DNA of 64,000 nucleotides from Armatimonadetes bacterium UBA1398 (GCA_002305165.1 DBQI01000028.1:6801-70800); one strand, 5' to 3'. Counted from the stretch's first letter, positions 48,719 to 58,355 are shown. Notes: generated by a model from the sequence alone, not told the origin. Made by a program: numbers and translations.

Positions 48719-49045
48719 ATGCCTGTCTACACCTACCGATGTGACAAATGCCAAGGAACCTTCGAGGTGACCCAGAAGATCGTCGAGGCCCCCTTGAAGA
48801 AGTGCCAGCTCAATGGCTGCCGAGGCCCCGTCAAGCGAGTCATCCATACCCCAGGTGTTATCTTCAAGGGCCAAGGCTTCCATGTGAATGACTACCCGGA
48901 CAGCCGCGGGCGAAAGAAGAGCGATCTGGCCAAGTCGGAGAGAGAGCCTGCCTCGAGTTCCAGCGGATCTGAGGCCAAGAAGGACTCGAAGACCGACACC
49001 AAGTCATCGAAGAAGAGCGACTCGAAGTCCGGCGAGGCTGCTTAG
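48719..49045 (+). CDS. FmdB-family zinc-ribbon protein with Lys/Ser-rich C-terminal tail
   Basis: MPVYTYRCDKCQGTFEV...C..C...FKGQGFHVNDY is the canonical FmdB/CxxC-x17-CxxC signature. Local GC is about 52%. Confidence 0.8.
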   Translation: MPVYTYRCDKCQGTFEVTQKIVEAPLKKCQLNGCRGPVKRVIHTPGVIFKGQGFHVNDYPDSRGRKKSDLAKSEREPASSSSGSEAKKDSKTDTKSSKKSDSKSGEAA

Positions 49046-49087
49046 TGAGTCCTTCTCAAATGAGATGGCGAGCAAAAAGGGACAACG

Positions 49088-49510
49088 GTGGTTTGGCTCG
49101 TAGTAATGCTCATGGGACAGGCAGAGGCACGGAGGCCATCGAGCCAGTCGGAGTTGGAGAAGCAGCGTCTTCGGGCGGGGGCGCTATTCGAGGAGGGCCT
49201 CGGCCCGACCGAGGTCGCTGGCCGACTTGGGTCAGCGTGTCGCCTCGCCGCCCATCGCAGCAAGCTGGTGTGTGCGTACATCACCGACCAGACACACTGG
49301 CTCCGTGTCGAGTCCCTGCCGCCCTACGCACCCGAACTCAACCCCGTGGAGCAGATGTGGGCGAACCTCAGGGCTCGCGCGTTCGCCAACTACGCATCCG
49401 ACGACATCGATCCGGTGGAGCAGCACATCCAGGCGGGCAAGCGCCGGATGCGACGCAGCGACGTGGGCCTGGGCTTCATACAACACGCCGGGCTCCTAAC
49501 GAAGAAGAAA
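49088..49510 (+). pseudogene. IS630/Tc1-mariner family transposase remnant: HTH region fused to C-terminal tail, DDE catalytic core deleted
   Basis: N-terminal HTH-like ELEKQRLRAGALFEEGLGPTEVAGRLG joined directly to the characteristic C-terminus LPPYAPELNPVEQMWANLRARAFAN. No intervening DDE domain. Confidence 0.6.
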
Positions 49511-50018
49511 CTGCACCATTTGAGAAAGGCTCATTTGGTATCCAGGATCACGACGCAGGGAAGGGCTTCTTCACTGTGGGATCTGGCCAAATGGCTAAGC
49601 TCATCGCAGGCAAACCCCTGTCCCCAGGGGCTGGAGCGGTTTAGCTTCTCAATGCAGGAGGCCGAATGCCCACACAGGCTGCCCCGTGATATGCGCATCC
49701 ACTCATCTTCTACGTACCATCATGCGTTGAGTCGACCCGTGCCTTGTGGCGATCGGGACGGACGACATCGACGAGGCGATGCGGCGGCTGGGGGAGCAGA
49801 GAGCTCGGACGGCGGCGGTGACGGGCGAGGTGGGAGAAGGCGACGCGTCCGGATGAGCGAGGCGGGACTGTGCGAGGCTGGGGCACGGAGGGGCGGAGGG
49901 AGGGGCAGCGCGCAACGCCGCACCTCGTCCGCCCGCCCCCTCCGCGCACTCAACCGAGGCGTTGCCCCCGCACCGCCCCGGCGGCACGGCCGCCCGGGAA
50001 AGCGTGCGGCGCCCCTCG

Positions 50019-50675
50019 TCAGTCGAGGCTACGAACCTCGATGTACTCGAGCATCGGCGCCTCGCTAGCCTTGAGCTGGTACTTGCCACCGAAGCTCCAT
50101 TGGACATCCCAGTGGTACTCGGTCGCTCCAACACGCACGCAGCCTGCGTCGGGCAGCGACCGAAGGGTGATCGAGCTGACCTTGTCACCGTCGACGAGAA
50201 GTGTGAGCTTGTTGCCCTGCGCTTCCAGGGTGATGACGTTGCGTTTGCCCCACTCCCTCTCGTAGCTGGCGAGCACGGACCAGTTGCCGTCCTCGTCCTG
50301 CTCGAACCAGTAGCCGCCTCCAGCCAGCTGCCCCGTGAGGCACGCAACGGACCGCTCGTCCTCCGTGCGCAACACAAGCAGAATCGAACCCTTTCGCCAG
50401 ACCACCGCCGTCTTCAGCGACAGATCGGGCGGGCACGCGAGGTCCTCCAGCGTCGCCCAGCATAGCGAGTTCTGGGGGACATCATTGGCTGTGACGAAGC
50501 ACCCATCTTCGATCTTCCAATCGTCGCCCGGGAAGTACCAGTCATCCTTGATCTCGTCCTCGAAGTCGTCACGGAAGAGCAGCTCGCCCTGGGGAGCGGC
50601 CCCGGCGGGTGGCGCCCCGAGTTGGGTCACAAGCACGAGGGCGAGTAGTGCAGCGAGAGCGAAGCGAACCAGCAT
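50019..50675 (-). CDS. Secreted hypothetical protein, DUF1080/LamG-like jelly-roll (3-keto-disaccharide hydrolase-like)
   Basis: Signal peptide MLVRFALAALLALVLVTQLGA. Pattern WKIEDGCF...GYWFEQDEDGNW. About 210-aa size typical of DUF1080. Confidence 0.45.
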   Translation of the reverse strand: MLVRFALAALLALVLVTQLGAPPAGAAPQGELLFRDDFEDEIKDDWYFPGDDWKIEDGCFVTANDVPQNSLCWATLEDLACPPDLSLKTAVVWRKGSILLVLRTEDERSVACLTGQLAGGGYWFEQDEDGNWSVLASYEREWGKRNVITLEAQGNKLTLLVDGDKVSSITLRSLPDAGCVRVGATEYHWDVQWSFGGKYQLKASEAPMLEYIEVRSLD

Positions 50676-50780
50676 AGCGTGTCCTCCTTGGAACGCCGTC
50701 GGAGAGGTCGCGGCCGAGCACCCTCCGAGCGGGAAAGGTTGTACTATGCATTATAGTGCGGCCAGCGTCGTCTTCTGGGG

Positions 50781-50802
50781 CAGTGAGTTTCAGAACTCAC
50801 TG
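50781..50802. promoter_or_regulatory. Perfect 9-bp inverted repeat CAGTGAGTT-tcag-AACTCACTG, followed by GATTTTCG on the + strand
   Basis: Seen directly. Lies about 105 bp upstream of the start of the minus-strand 50019..50675 gene. Confidence 0.35.
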
Positions 50803-50960
50803 GATTTTCGGCGGGAGGCCCGCACGCCCGGCCGGTTTTCCAGAGGCGAGGGGGAGGGAAGAGCATTGCGCTGGGGCCTGCGATTGGTGGCAGTGCCCCC
50901 CTCCCTGGCCGCTGGCCATCCCTCCCCCGCGGCTCGTCCGGCTTCGCTGCGCTCGACGTA

Positions 50961-51380
50961 GTAGTCATAGAGAGCGTCGGTTGGGACGCCAGGTCCGACC
51001 CCGACGGGCGCGCCGCTTCGTGGCCGTCTTCAACCCTGGATCGCGACGGAGAAGAGTGTGGTCGTTGCAGTCCTCGTACCCAGCCACGAGGGCCATTACC
51101 CGCTGAGTCAACAGTTCCAGGGTGGAGTGCCGGTGCTTCGCCAGCTGTCGACGATCATCGATCACCGCCGCCAGCGACCGGAACAGCCCCGCCGTCGAAA
51201 GCCGCACGAATCTCTACCTCGGGGAGAAAGTCATAGCGAACTGGAGGAGAATGACCATGATGCATGGGAGTCGGCGCCTTCCTGTCCAAGAGTCTCTCGC
51301 AAAGCCCTTGATACGAGGCGAACCACCAACTCCCATGCAACAACCTCTAAACAATCTCATGAATAACACGGGCTAGAGGG
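50961..51380 (-). repeat. Direct repeat copy 1 (~420 bp). Carries the 5' end of a DDE transposase gene (80-aa N-terminal stub, 50965..51207) and a presumptive IS end.
   Basis: About 93% identical to 53037..53456. Encoded stub MRLSTAGLFRSLAAVIDDRRQLAKHRHSTLELLTQRVMALVAGYEDCNDHTLLRRDPGLK resembles the ISAs1/IS4-like N-terminal DDE_Tnp_1_assoc region. Confidence 0.8.
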
Positions 51381-51540
51381 CCGGGCTCAGCTCGTCTACG
51401 ACATGCTCGGCTGGGTTAGCGGGTCGTTTGGCGGCTCTGTGGGAGACGGTGGTTACTCGTTCTACAGCGGGCGGTTGCCGCTAGGGGCACGCGGCGGCGT
51501 CGTATCTGCCGGCCCAGCGGGAGAGGAGGGGGGTGGCAGA

Positions 51541-52074
51541 ATGCTCGACAACTTCCTCCGTGCTCTCTATGCCGACTCGGTTATCGACTACAACGGCCAC
51601 GGCTACCATATGAAAGACGACCCTGACGGTAACTTCCTCATCGTGCTGCCGAACGGTGATGAAGTATTCGCCTCGGATCTCTCCTCTTACTATTACGCCG
51701 ATGCAGACGGTATGGGGCAAGCCAAACTCATCTTCTTCGGGTGCTGCGACCTCTTCAGAAAGGGAGAGTTCGATGCCAAGTCGGTGGGTGATACCTGTGT
51801 CGATAAGGGAGCTCAAGCTGTGGTAGCGTACGATCACACCGTGGAACGAGCGGCAAACACTTGGCTACGTGAGAGGATCTACTACCTGCTCACTCAGGAC
51901 GGGAGGACGGTGTCGTACGCGGTAGCACGCGCCAAACAGGAGTGGACGGCGCAACACGGTTTGAGGAAGGCTCGGAAATGGGGAGTCACTGGGCTGCTTG
52001 CTAAGCCGGAAGGAACGTCATCGAGGCTCGCGCCAGCACCGGAATCTTGCCAACTGGAGGTCAACCCAATATGA
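51541..52074 (+). CDS. Caspase/CHAT-like (clan CD) peptidase catalytic fragment (His-Gly...Cys dyad), N-terminally minimal
   Basis: YNGHGY, then about 55 aa later LIFFGCCDLF followed by GAQAVVAYDHTV, fits the caspase/CHAT His-Cys arrangement. RBS GGAGG before ATG 51541; the listed ORF starts at 51403. Low GC (about 52%). Confidence 0.35.
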   Translation: MLDNFLRALYADSVIDYNGHGYHMKDDPDGNFLIVLPNGDEVFASDLSSYYYADADGMGQAKLIFFGCCDLFRKGEFDAKSVGDTCVDKGAQAVVAYDHTVERAANTWLRERIYYLLTQDGRTVSYAVARAKQEWTAQHGLRKARKWGVTGLLAKPEGTSSRLAPAPESCQLEVNPI

Positions 52075-52973
52075 GAAACCTGTGTGCTATAACTGCGTGT
52101 GCTCTCGGGGTTCTGATCACAGGGACGGTGGCAGAACTCTCGACGGAAGAAGCGCGCGCTATTGCCGAGCATGCCGCAGAGAAGGCACTAACGAATGTCG
52201 ATGTGGAGACCTACGTGATCGCGGATCACACGATGGTAGAGTTCTCTATGCCAGCTCCTGAAGACGAGAGCTACTGTGTGGATGCTACCCTAGGTGTCCT
52301 GTCTAGCGTATGGCGCAATCAGGGTCCGGCCGATCCTGAAGCGGAGTACGCTCTCACTATCGCCGAGGCACAGCAGGTGATCGAGGATTACGCTCACTAC
52401 ATCCTCGGCGCCGATGCGGACGACTTACTGTGGACCGTGGAGCGGAGCGACGGTTGGCTCGTGGAGTTCTCCGCCCATAGCACGCTAGACAGTGGTTTTG
52501 GAGTCACTACCTGCTCTGGCAAGGTCTCACGCATCGATGGTTGGCTGTCTTACTACGCGCAGTACTACGGTGATCGTACGCCACCAAGCACCCAGATAAC
52601 GCAAGCGCAGGCAGAAGCAATCGCACTAGCGGATTGCGGAGTAACTGGGGCACAGATCTCGGGTGAAACAGTCCTCGACGTTTGGCAGGGCCATGCATCA
52701 TGGCTCGTTGATGTGGAGTTACCGGATGACGCGGCCTCTGGTGAGCCTACGACGGCAAGCATCCTCGCATATGAGATTGATGCGGTGAGTGGCGAAGTCC
52801 TCACATCTGATGTCTACGAAGGCGCTCAGAGGCCCAGTTCTGGATCGCGTGGTGAGGCTGCATCTTCTAATGAAGGCGCGAAGCCTCTGCCATGGGGTGC
52901 CGTTGGAATTGCGGTGGCAGCCTTCATCGTGCTAGTCATAGGGGTGTCCATATGGCGGAGCCGTAGGCGGTAA
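52071..52973 (+). CDS. PepSY-domain protein with signal peptide and C-terminal transmembrane anchor
   Basis: Signal MRNLCAITACALGVLITGTVA. Two PepSY-like repeats (TEEARAIAEHAAEKAL..., TQAQAEAIALADCGVTGAQISGETVLDV...ASILAYEIDAVSGEVL). C-terminal TM WGAVGIAVAAFIVLVIGVSIW. ATGA overlap with the upstream gene. Confidence 0.55.
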   Translation: MRNLCAITACALGVLITGTVAELSTEEARAIAEHAAEKALTNVDVETYVIADHTMVEFSMPAPEDESYCVDATLGVLSSVWRNQGPADPEAEYALTIAEAQQVIEDYAHYILGADADDLLWTVERSDGWLVEFSAHSTLDSGFGVTTCSGKVSRIDGWLSYYAQYYGDRTPPSTQITQAQAEAIALADCGVTGAQISGETVLDVWQGHASWLVDVELPDDAASGEPTTASILAYEIDAVSGEVLTSDVYEGAQRPSSGSRGEAASSNEGAKPLPWGAVGIAVAAFIVLVIGVSIWRSRRR

Positions 52974-53036
52974 GCGTGGTAGGCGATCCCTAGCCAAGAC
53001 CAAGCCCCCGTCGGATAACCGACGGGGGCTTTACTG

Positions 53037-53456
53037 TGGTAGTCATAGAGAGCGTCGGTTGGGACGCCAGGTCCGCCCCCGACAGGGCCCGCCGCTTCGT
53101 GGCCGTCTTCAACCCTGGATCGCGACGGAGAAGAGTGTGGTCGTTGCGGTCCTTATGCCCAGCCACCAGGGCCATTACCCGCTGAGTCAACAGTTCCAGG
53201 GTGGAGTGCCGACACTTCGAGAGCTGTCGAGGATCATCGATCACCGCCGCCAGCGACCGGAGCAGCCCCACCATCGAAAGCGGCACGAATCTCTACCTCG
53301 GGGAGAAAGTCAAAGCGAACTTGAGGAGAATGACCATGATGCATGGGAGTCGGCGCCTTCCTGTCCAAGAGTCTCTCGTAAAGCCCTTGATACGAGGCGA
53401 ACTACTCACTCCCATGCAATAACCTCTGATCATTCTCATGAATAAGACGGGCTAGG
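53037..53456 (-). repeat. Direct repeat copy 2 (~420 bp) with a 98-aa transposase N-terminal stub (52990..53286)
   Basis: About 93% identical to 50961..51380. Encoded stub MPLSMVGLLRSLAAVIDDPRQLSKCRHSTLELLTQRVMALVAGHKDRNDHTLLRRDPGLK. Confidence 0.8.
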
Positions 53457-54480
53457 ACGCTTCCGGACCTGCCGTGCCGCCGGCGCGCCCCGTCTGTTCC
53501 CCCAGTTGCGGCTCCCAGAGCCGGCTCCAGGCTGCTGACCGATACTCCTCGCGCACGTAGCCCGGACGTGCGCCCGTCGCGGCGGCGTACGCGCGCGCAG
53601 ACAGTTCCGCGCCAGCGCCGATACCTATCAGCACAACGCCGGCGTACAGCAGGCACAGGCATAGCCCTACAGCGATGCCGGTCTCAGCTCCCGCAAAGCC
53701 TGCTGTGGCGGCGGTCAGCACAGCGGCGACGAGGGCGCCTACCCCCCACCATCCATATACCCGTATCGGTCGCCCTCGGTAACGTGACACAACGCTCAGA
53801 GTCACGAGATCGGGGATGACCCGGAAGAGGCGCCGCAGTCCGGTCCGACCGTACTTCGTGGCCCCTTGGGTCCGCGGACGATGGCGGACCTCCATCTCCG
53901 CGACGCGCGCCCCCACAGCCAGGCAGAGGGCTGGGATGAACCGATGCATCTCCCCCCATAGGTCCAGATCAGCCACGATCTCCCGCCGATACGCTCTCAG
54001 CGTGCAGCCGACGTCATGAATGTCCAGGCCGGTCAGGCGTCCTATGACCCAGGCCGCGAGACGGCTGGGGATGCTTCGGATCGGTCCCTCTTGCCGGTGT
54101 CGCCGCCAGCCGCAGACGACGTCAGCCGACTCGACCAGCCTCTCGACCAAGGCGGGGATGTCGGCTGGGTCATTCTGAAGATCGCCATCGAGGGTGACGA
54201 CGACATGGCCTTGAACGACGCTGAGGCCCGTTGCCAGCGCCGCCGTCTGCCCGAAGCTGTCACGGTGCCTGAGGACGCGCAGGGGAAGGTCCGGCAGAGA
54301 GTCCTGGGATGACTGCAGCTGGGCGTACGTGCTATCGGAGGAACCGTCATCAACTATGATGAGCTCATACTTCTCGAAATGCTCATTCATAGTGGAATGA
54401 AGCTCGTCGAGAAGGGGCGCCACGTTGTCCTGCTCATCTAGCATGGGAATGACGACGGAGATACCGTCCGTTACAGACAT
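53452..54480 (-). CDS. Family 2 glycosyltransferase (polyprenol-phosphate/dolichol-phosphate glycosyltransferase-like)
   Basis: ISVVIPMLDE, IIVDDGSSD and DGDLQNDP are GT2/DPM1-like motifs. C-terminal TM helices. Confidence 0.8.
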   Translation of the reverse strand: MSVTDGISVVIPMLDEQDNVAPLLDELHSTMNEHFEKYELIIVDDGSSDSTYAQLQSSQDSLPDLPLRVLRHRDSFGQTAALATGLSVVQGHVVVTLDGDLQNDPADIPALVERLVESADVVCGWRRHRQEGPIRSIPSRLAAWVIGRLTGLDIHDVGCTLRAYRREIVADLDLWGEMHRFIPALCLAVGARVAEMEVRHRPRTQGATKYGRTGLRRLFRVIPDLVTLSVVSRYRGRPIRVYGWWGVGALVAAVLTAATAGFAGAETGIAVGLCLCLLYAGVVLIGIGAGAELSARAYAAATGARPGYVREEYRSAAWSRLWEPQLGEQTGRAGGTAGPEAS

Positions 54481-54684
54481 GCTGGAAGGCATCACGACCG
54501 CTCGCTTCCCCTAACTGGTAGTGGCCCCCGTGGAGCGGCTGGATTGTACCTGACTTGCCCGCCCTTCGCCAGTTCGGCGCGCTGCAGGTCCCGCGGACCA
54601 GAGCGTATGAAGCCGAGGTCTTTACGGCGATGCCACGAAGCGTCACGATGCTAGGGCAGCACATGGAGAGGACGCACGCCAGCG

Positions 54685-55827
54685 ATGAAGATCCACGAGT
54701 ACCAAGCGAAGCGATTGTTCGCGGAGATAGGGATCCCGGTCCCTGAGGGACGGCTCGCGCATACGCCAGACGAGGCGGCGCAGGCGGCGCAGGAGCTGGG
54801 GCCCCCGGTCGCGGTGAAGGCCCAGGTCCTCGTGGGAGGGAGGGGCAAGGCTGGCGGCATCAAGCTGGCAGCCTCGGTCTCCGAGGCCGAGGACAGGGCG
54901 GCGGAGATCCTGGGCATGGAGATCAAGGGGCTTCCGGTTCGGTCGGTCCTCGTCGAGCGAACCGCGGACATCCGCTCCGAGCTCTACCTGTCCATCGCGC
55001 TGGACCGCGCCTCGCGTGCGCCTCTACTGCTGGGGAGCGCCATGGGTGGGGTTGATATCGAGGAGGTCGCGAGGACCCGTCCCGAGGCGATCGAGCGAGT
55101 CCCCATCGACCCCGAGTTCGGTCTGCGCCCTTACACCGCATGGGCTGCTCTCCGCCGTATGCTCGGCGACCCGGACCTGACGCGCCAAGCGGTCCGGATA
55201 GCGGGCAAGCTCTATTCCCTGTTCATGGATCTGGACAGCTCCCTGGTCGAGATCAACCCCCTGATCGTCACGGGCGAGGGGCAGGTCATGGCCCTGGATG
55301 CCAAGGTCAACCTGGATGACAACGCCCTCCACCGCCATCCGCAACTGGACGCGCTGCGCGATCTAGATGCCGAGGACCCGCGAGAGCGGGACGCCAAGGC
55401 GAACGACCTCTCCTTCGTTGCCCTGGAGGGCGAGATCGGCTGCATCGTGAACGGAGCGGGCCTCGCTATGGCGACGATGGACATGGTGAAGCACGCGGGG
55501 GGCCGGCCAGCCAACTTCCTCGACGTAGGCGGCTCATCGAGGCCAGAGAAGGTGCTACACGCCATGCGGATCATCCTCGCCGATCCCCAGGTGCGGGTGA
55601 TCCTCTTGAACATCTTCGGTGGAATCACCCGGTGCGATGACATCGCGCAGGGCCTCATCGCGGCCCGTACAGAGCTGGGCGTCCGCGTCCCCATTGTTGC
55701 CCGTCTCACGGGGACGAACGAGCAGGAGGGGCGAGCGCTGCTGCGTTCCGTTGGGCTGGAGTCGGCTGAGACTATGGAAGAGGCCGTCCGCACCGCCGTG
55801 CGGGTAGCAGAGGGGGGCGTGGCGTAG
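54685..55827 (+). CDS. sucC: Succinate--CoA ligase [ADP-forming] subunit beta
   Basis: MKIHEYQAKRLFAEIGIPVP N-terminus and ATP-grasp and CoA-ligase motifs. Immediately followed by sucD. Confidence 0.92.
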   Translation: MKIHEYQAKRLFAEIGIPVPEGRLAHTPDEAAQAAQELGPPVAVKAQVLVGGRGKAGGIKLAASVSEAEDRAAEILGMEIKGLPVRSVLVERTADIRSELYLSIALDRASRAPLLLGSAMGGVDIEEVARTRPEAIERVPIDPEFGLRPYTAWAALRRMLGDPDLTRQAVRIAGKLYSLFMDLDSSLVEINPLIVTGEGQVMALDAKVNLDDNALHRHPQLDALRDLDAEDPRERDAKANDLSFVALEGEIGCIVNGAGLAMATMDMVKHAGGRPANFLDVGGSSRPEKVLHAMRIILADPQVRVILLNIFGGITRCDDIAQGLIAARTELGVRVPIVARLTGTNEQEGRALLRSVGLESAETMEEAVRTAVRVAEGGVA

Positions 55828-56718
55828 ATGGCGATCCTGGTCAACAAGGACACTAAGGTGTGCGTACAGGGTATCACTGGCCGCGATGGGTCCTTCCACT
55901 CCCATCGAATGGCGGAGTACGGGACCCACATCGTTGGAGGGACGCGGCCCGGTAAGGGTGGCGCCGAGCACGAGGGCTTCCCCGTGTTCGACACGGTGGC
56001 CGAAGCGAAGGCCGCTGGGGCGAACAGCTCCGTCATCTACGTCCCCGTCGCCGGCGCCGTGGATGCCATGTACGAGTCCATCGAGGCCAGCATGGATCTC
56101 ATCGTGTGCGTGACTGAGGGCATCCCCGCGAATGACATGGTGCGGGTGGTGGCCTCACTGCGGGGCCGCGCCTCGCGCCTGGTGGGGCCGAACTGCCCCG
56201 GCGTGATCACGCCCGGCGTCGCCAGCGTCGGGATCATCCCTGGCCGGATCGCCATCCCCGGCCGTGTAGGCATCGTCTCCCGCTCGGGCACCCTCACCTA
56301 CGAGGTCATACATGCCCTCACAAGGCTGGGGATCGGGCAGTCCACATGCGTGGGCATCGGCGGGGACCAAGTGCCCGGCATGAGTTTCCTCGATGTTCTC
56401 GAGCTGTTCCGGGATGACCCGGACACGGACCTGGTGGTGCTCATCGGTGAGATCGGCGGATCCGATGAGCAGATCGCCGCCCGGTACATCGCCCAGGAGT
56501 TGGGCAAGCCTGCTGTCGCCTTCGTGGCCGGACAGACGGCGCCACCGGGCAAGCGCATGGGGCACGCGGGCGCCATCATCTCCGGCGGCGAGGGAACGGC
56601 GGCCGAGAAGATCGCCGCTTTCCAAGCCGCTGGTGTGCCCGTGGGAGAGAGCCCGGGGCAGGTGGCCGAACTCGTGCGGGCCCGGCTGAGGTTGCCCGAG
56701 GGCTCGGGGACCGCGTAG
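55828..56718 (+). CDS. sucD: Succinate--CoA ligase subunit alpha
   Basis: [25 protein letters not shown]. Catalytic His region [10 protein letters not shown]. Confidence 0.92.
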   Translation: MAILVNKDTKVCVQGITGRDGSFHSHRMAEYGTHIVGGTRPGKGGAEHEGFPVFDTVAEAKAAGANSSVIYVPVAGAVDAMYESIEASMDLIVCVTEGIPANDMVRVVASLRGRASRLVGPNCPGVITPGVASVGIIPGRIAIPGRVGIVSRSGTLTYEVIHALTRLGIGQSTCVGIGGDQVPGMSFLDVLELFRDDPDTDLVVLIGEIGGSDEQIAARYIAQELGKPAVAFVAGQTAPPGKRMGHAGAIISGGEGTAAEKIAAFQAAGVPVGESPGQVAELVRARLRLPEGSGTA

Positions 56719-56727
56719 AATCTGCGC

Positions 56728-57984
56728 ATGCGCGTCATCGAGCTGTACAACCCACACGTCCACTCGGTCTGCTACTCGGTTCACGTGGAGGCAGGCTCTC
56801 TGACGGACGCCTTGAGCCGTCCGGGCGTGGCACTGTTGACCCAGCGCATGGTGCTGGAGGCCGAGACGCGTGATTTCCACCGTCGATCGCCCGCGGGTCG
56901 CATCTGCAACGGGGCCGTAGCCCCGGCGGAGGCCTTCGTGTACGTCCATGGCCATCGCTCGAATGGCACTGAGATCGCCGACATCGTTCCCAGCTTCCTC
57001 AATGACCCGAACTTCGATGTGGATGTGCTGGAGCGGGAGCGGGCGATCATCTGGGACAACCTCCCCGATACCGCCGAGGGGTCGCTGGATGTCGGCGAGC
57101 TCATCAACCGCCTGCTGATCCAGCCGGACATGAACTGGAGCACCTTCGGCGGGCGGGACTCCATCAGCGAGATCGGCGTCGAGGACATCGAGGACCGATT
57201 CGAGGAGTGCTGGCTCGATGGCAATGCGGTGCTCTCCGTGGCCGGCGCCTACAAGAGATCCGACCTCGAGCGCTGCGTCGAGGCCCTGTCTCGGTCCCTC
57301 AGACCTCGCAGTCCAGCCACCATGGGGCCTGCCTGCGACATCCTGTCATCCGGGCGTCGCATGGCGGTGGCCCCCGTCAACGACGATCGGTTCTCGCTGC
57401 ACCTGCTCTTCCCATGCTGCGGAGTCGACGATCCCGAGGCGCCCCTGGTGCAGATCCTGGACGTCATCGTGGGCGATGGACCCGATAGCCGGGTCCGGCG
57501 GCGGCTCTCATGGGAGTCGGGGCTCGCTGAGTCTGCGGGGTCACAGCCCTGGGTGCTGGGCGACCGGATTATCCTGGAGGTGTCGGTGGAAGGGTCCATC
57601 GAGCGTCTGCAGGACATCAGCAAGGTCTTCGTCCGGACCGTGGAGTCGCTTCTCATGGACCCGCCGGAGATCGACGAGGTTCACGAGGCGCGCCAGACCC
57701 TCCGCTGCCTCCGGGATTTCCAGATGGACGAGCCCCAGTCGGCGGCGCCAGCGCGGGGGGCCCAGTTCTTCGCAAGCAGGCTCGGGACGGCCGAGGAGAT
57801 GGATGAACGCAGCTCCCGGCCGTCCCGAGTAACGCCAGACGACATCTACACGGTAGCTCAGCGGGTGCTGAGCTGGGATAACCTTTCGGTGCTCTACGTG
57901 GGCCCGCAGACGTCCGCAGTCGACGCGATCCTCACGAACACCTGGACAAGCCTCGATATGGAGGTCTGGGACACAGGCGCTTAG
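56728..57984 (+). CDS. M16 (pitrilysin/insulinase) family-like protein, probably the non-catalytic type (no HxxEH)
   Basis: Overall M16-like two-domain length and pattern. No inverted zinc motif seen. Confidence 0.45.
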   Translation: MRVIELYNPHVHSVCYSVHVEAGSLTDALSRPGVALLTQRMVLEAETRDFHRRSPAGRICNGAVAPAEAFVYVHGHRSNGTEIADIVPSFLNDPNFDVDVLERERAIIWDNLPDTAEGSLDVGELINRLLIQPDMNWSTFGGRDSISEIGVEDIEDRFEECWLDGNAVLSVAGAYKRSDLERCVEALSRSLRPRSPATMGPACDILSSGRRMAVAPVNDDRFSLHLLFPCCGVDDPEAPLVQILDVIVGDGPDSRVRRRLSWESGLAESAGSQPWVLGDRIILEVSVEGSIERLQDISKVFVRTVESLLMDPPEIDEVHEARQTLRCLRDFQMDEPQSAAPARGAQFFASRLGTAEEMDERSSRPSRVTPDDIYTVAQRVLSWDNLSVLYVGPQTSAVDAILTNTWTSLDMEVWDTGA

Positions 57985-58355
57985 CGGGAGCTCGGTCGAG
58001 AGCCGCGCATCCCCGTGGCCCGCTGGGCACATTGCCTCAGAAGCGGCCGCAGCGCCGGCGAGAACCCCTCGTAATCGCGGGCATTGTGGCGCACCCGAGC
58101 GGCCAGCGCATGCATCGAGGGAGCGCTGGACAGCCGGTAGAACGTGCCGCCACACTCGCCCTCACTGGCCGTTGCGAAGCCGCATTCCACGAGTTCATCG
58201 AGGCATGCCTGCGCACTTGACGAGTCGATGCGCAGCCGGCGAGCGATCCCCAGCAGGGTGGTCGCCTGGCTGGGGTCGTCCATCAGATAGAGGAGCGCCC
58301 GCAGGCCGAGGGCCATATTCCCGGAGTGCCAGTTCCTGAATAGCTTGGTCGACAT
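57981..58355 (-). CDS. Hypothetical small protein, possible winged-helix regulator
   Basis: 124 aa. Pattern LLGIARRLRIDSSSAQACLDELVECGFA is HTH-like. Weak. Confidence 0.3.
   Translation of the reverse strand: MSTKLFRNWHSGNMALGLRALLYLMDDPSQATTLLGIARRLRIDSSSAQACLDELVECGFATASEGECGGTFYRLSSAPSMHALAARVRHNARDYEGFSPALRPLLRQCAQRATGMRGSRPSSR

Noticed and set aside
49700-50068. C-terminal part of listed ORF 49088..50068 (Arg/Gly-rich tail after the IS630 C-terminus)
   Set aside because: The transposase homology ends near 49500. The remainder is GC-rich read-through with no similarity, so only the remnant 49088..49510 was annotated.
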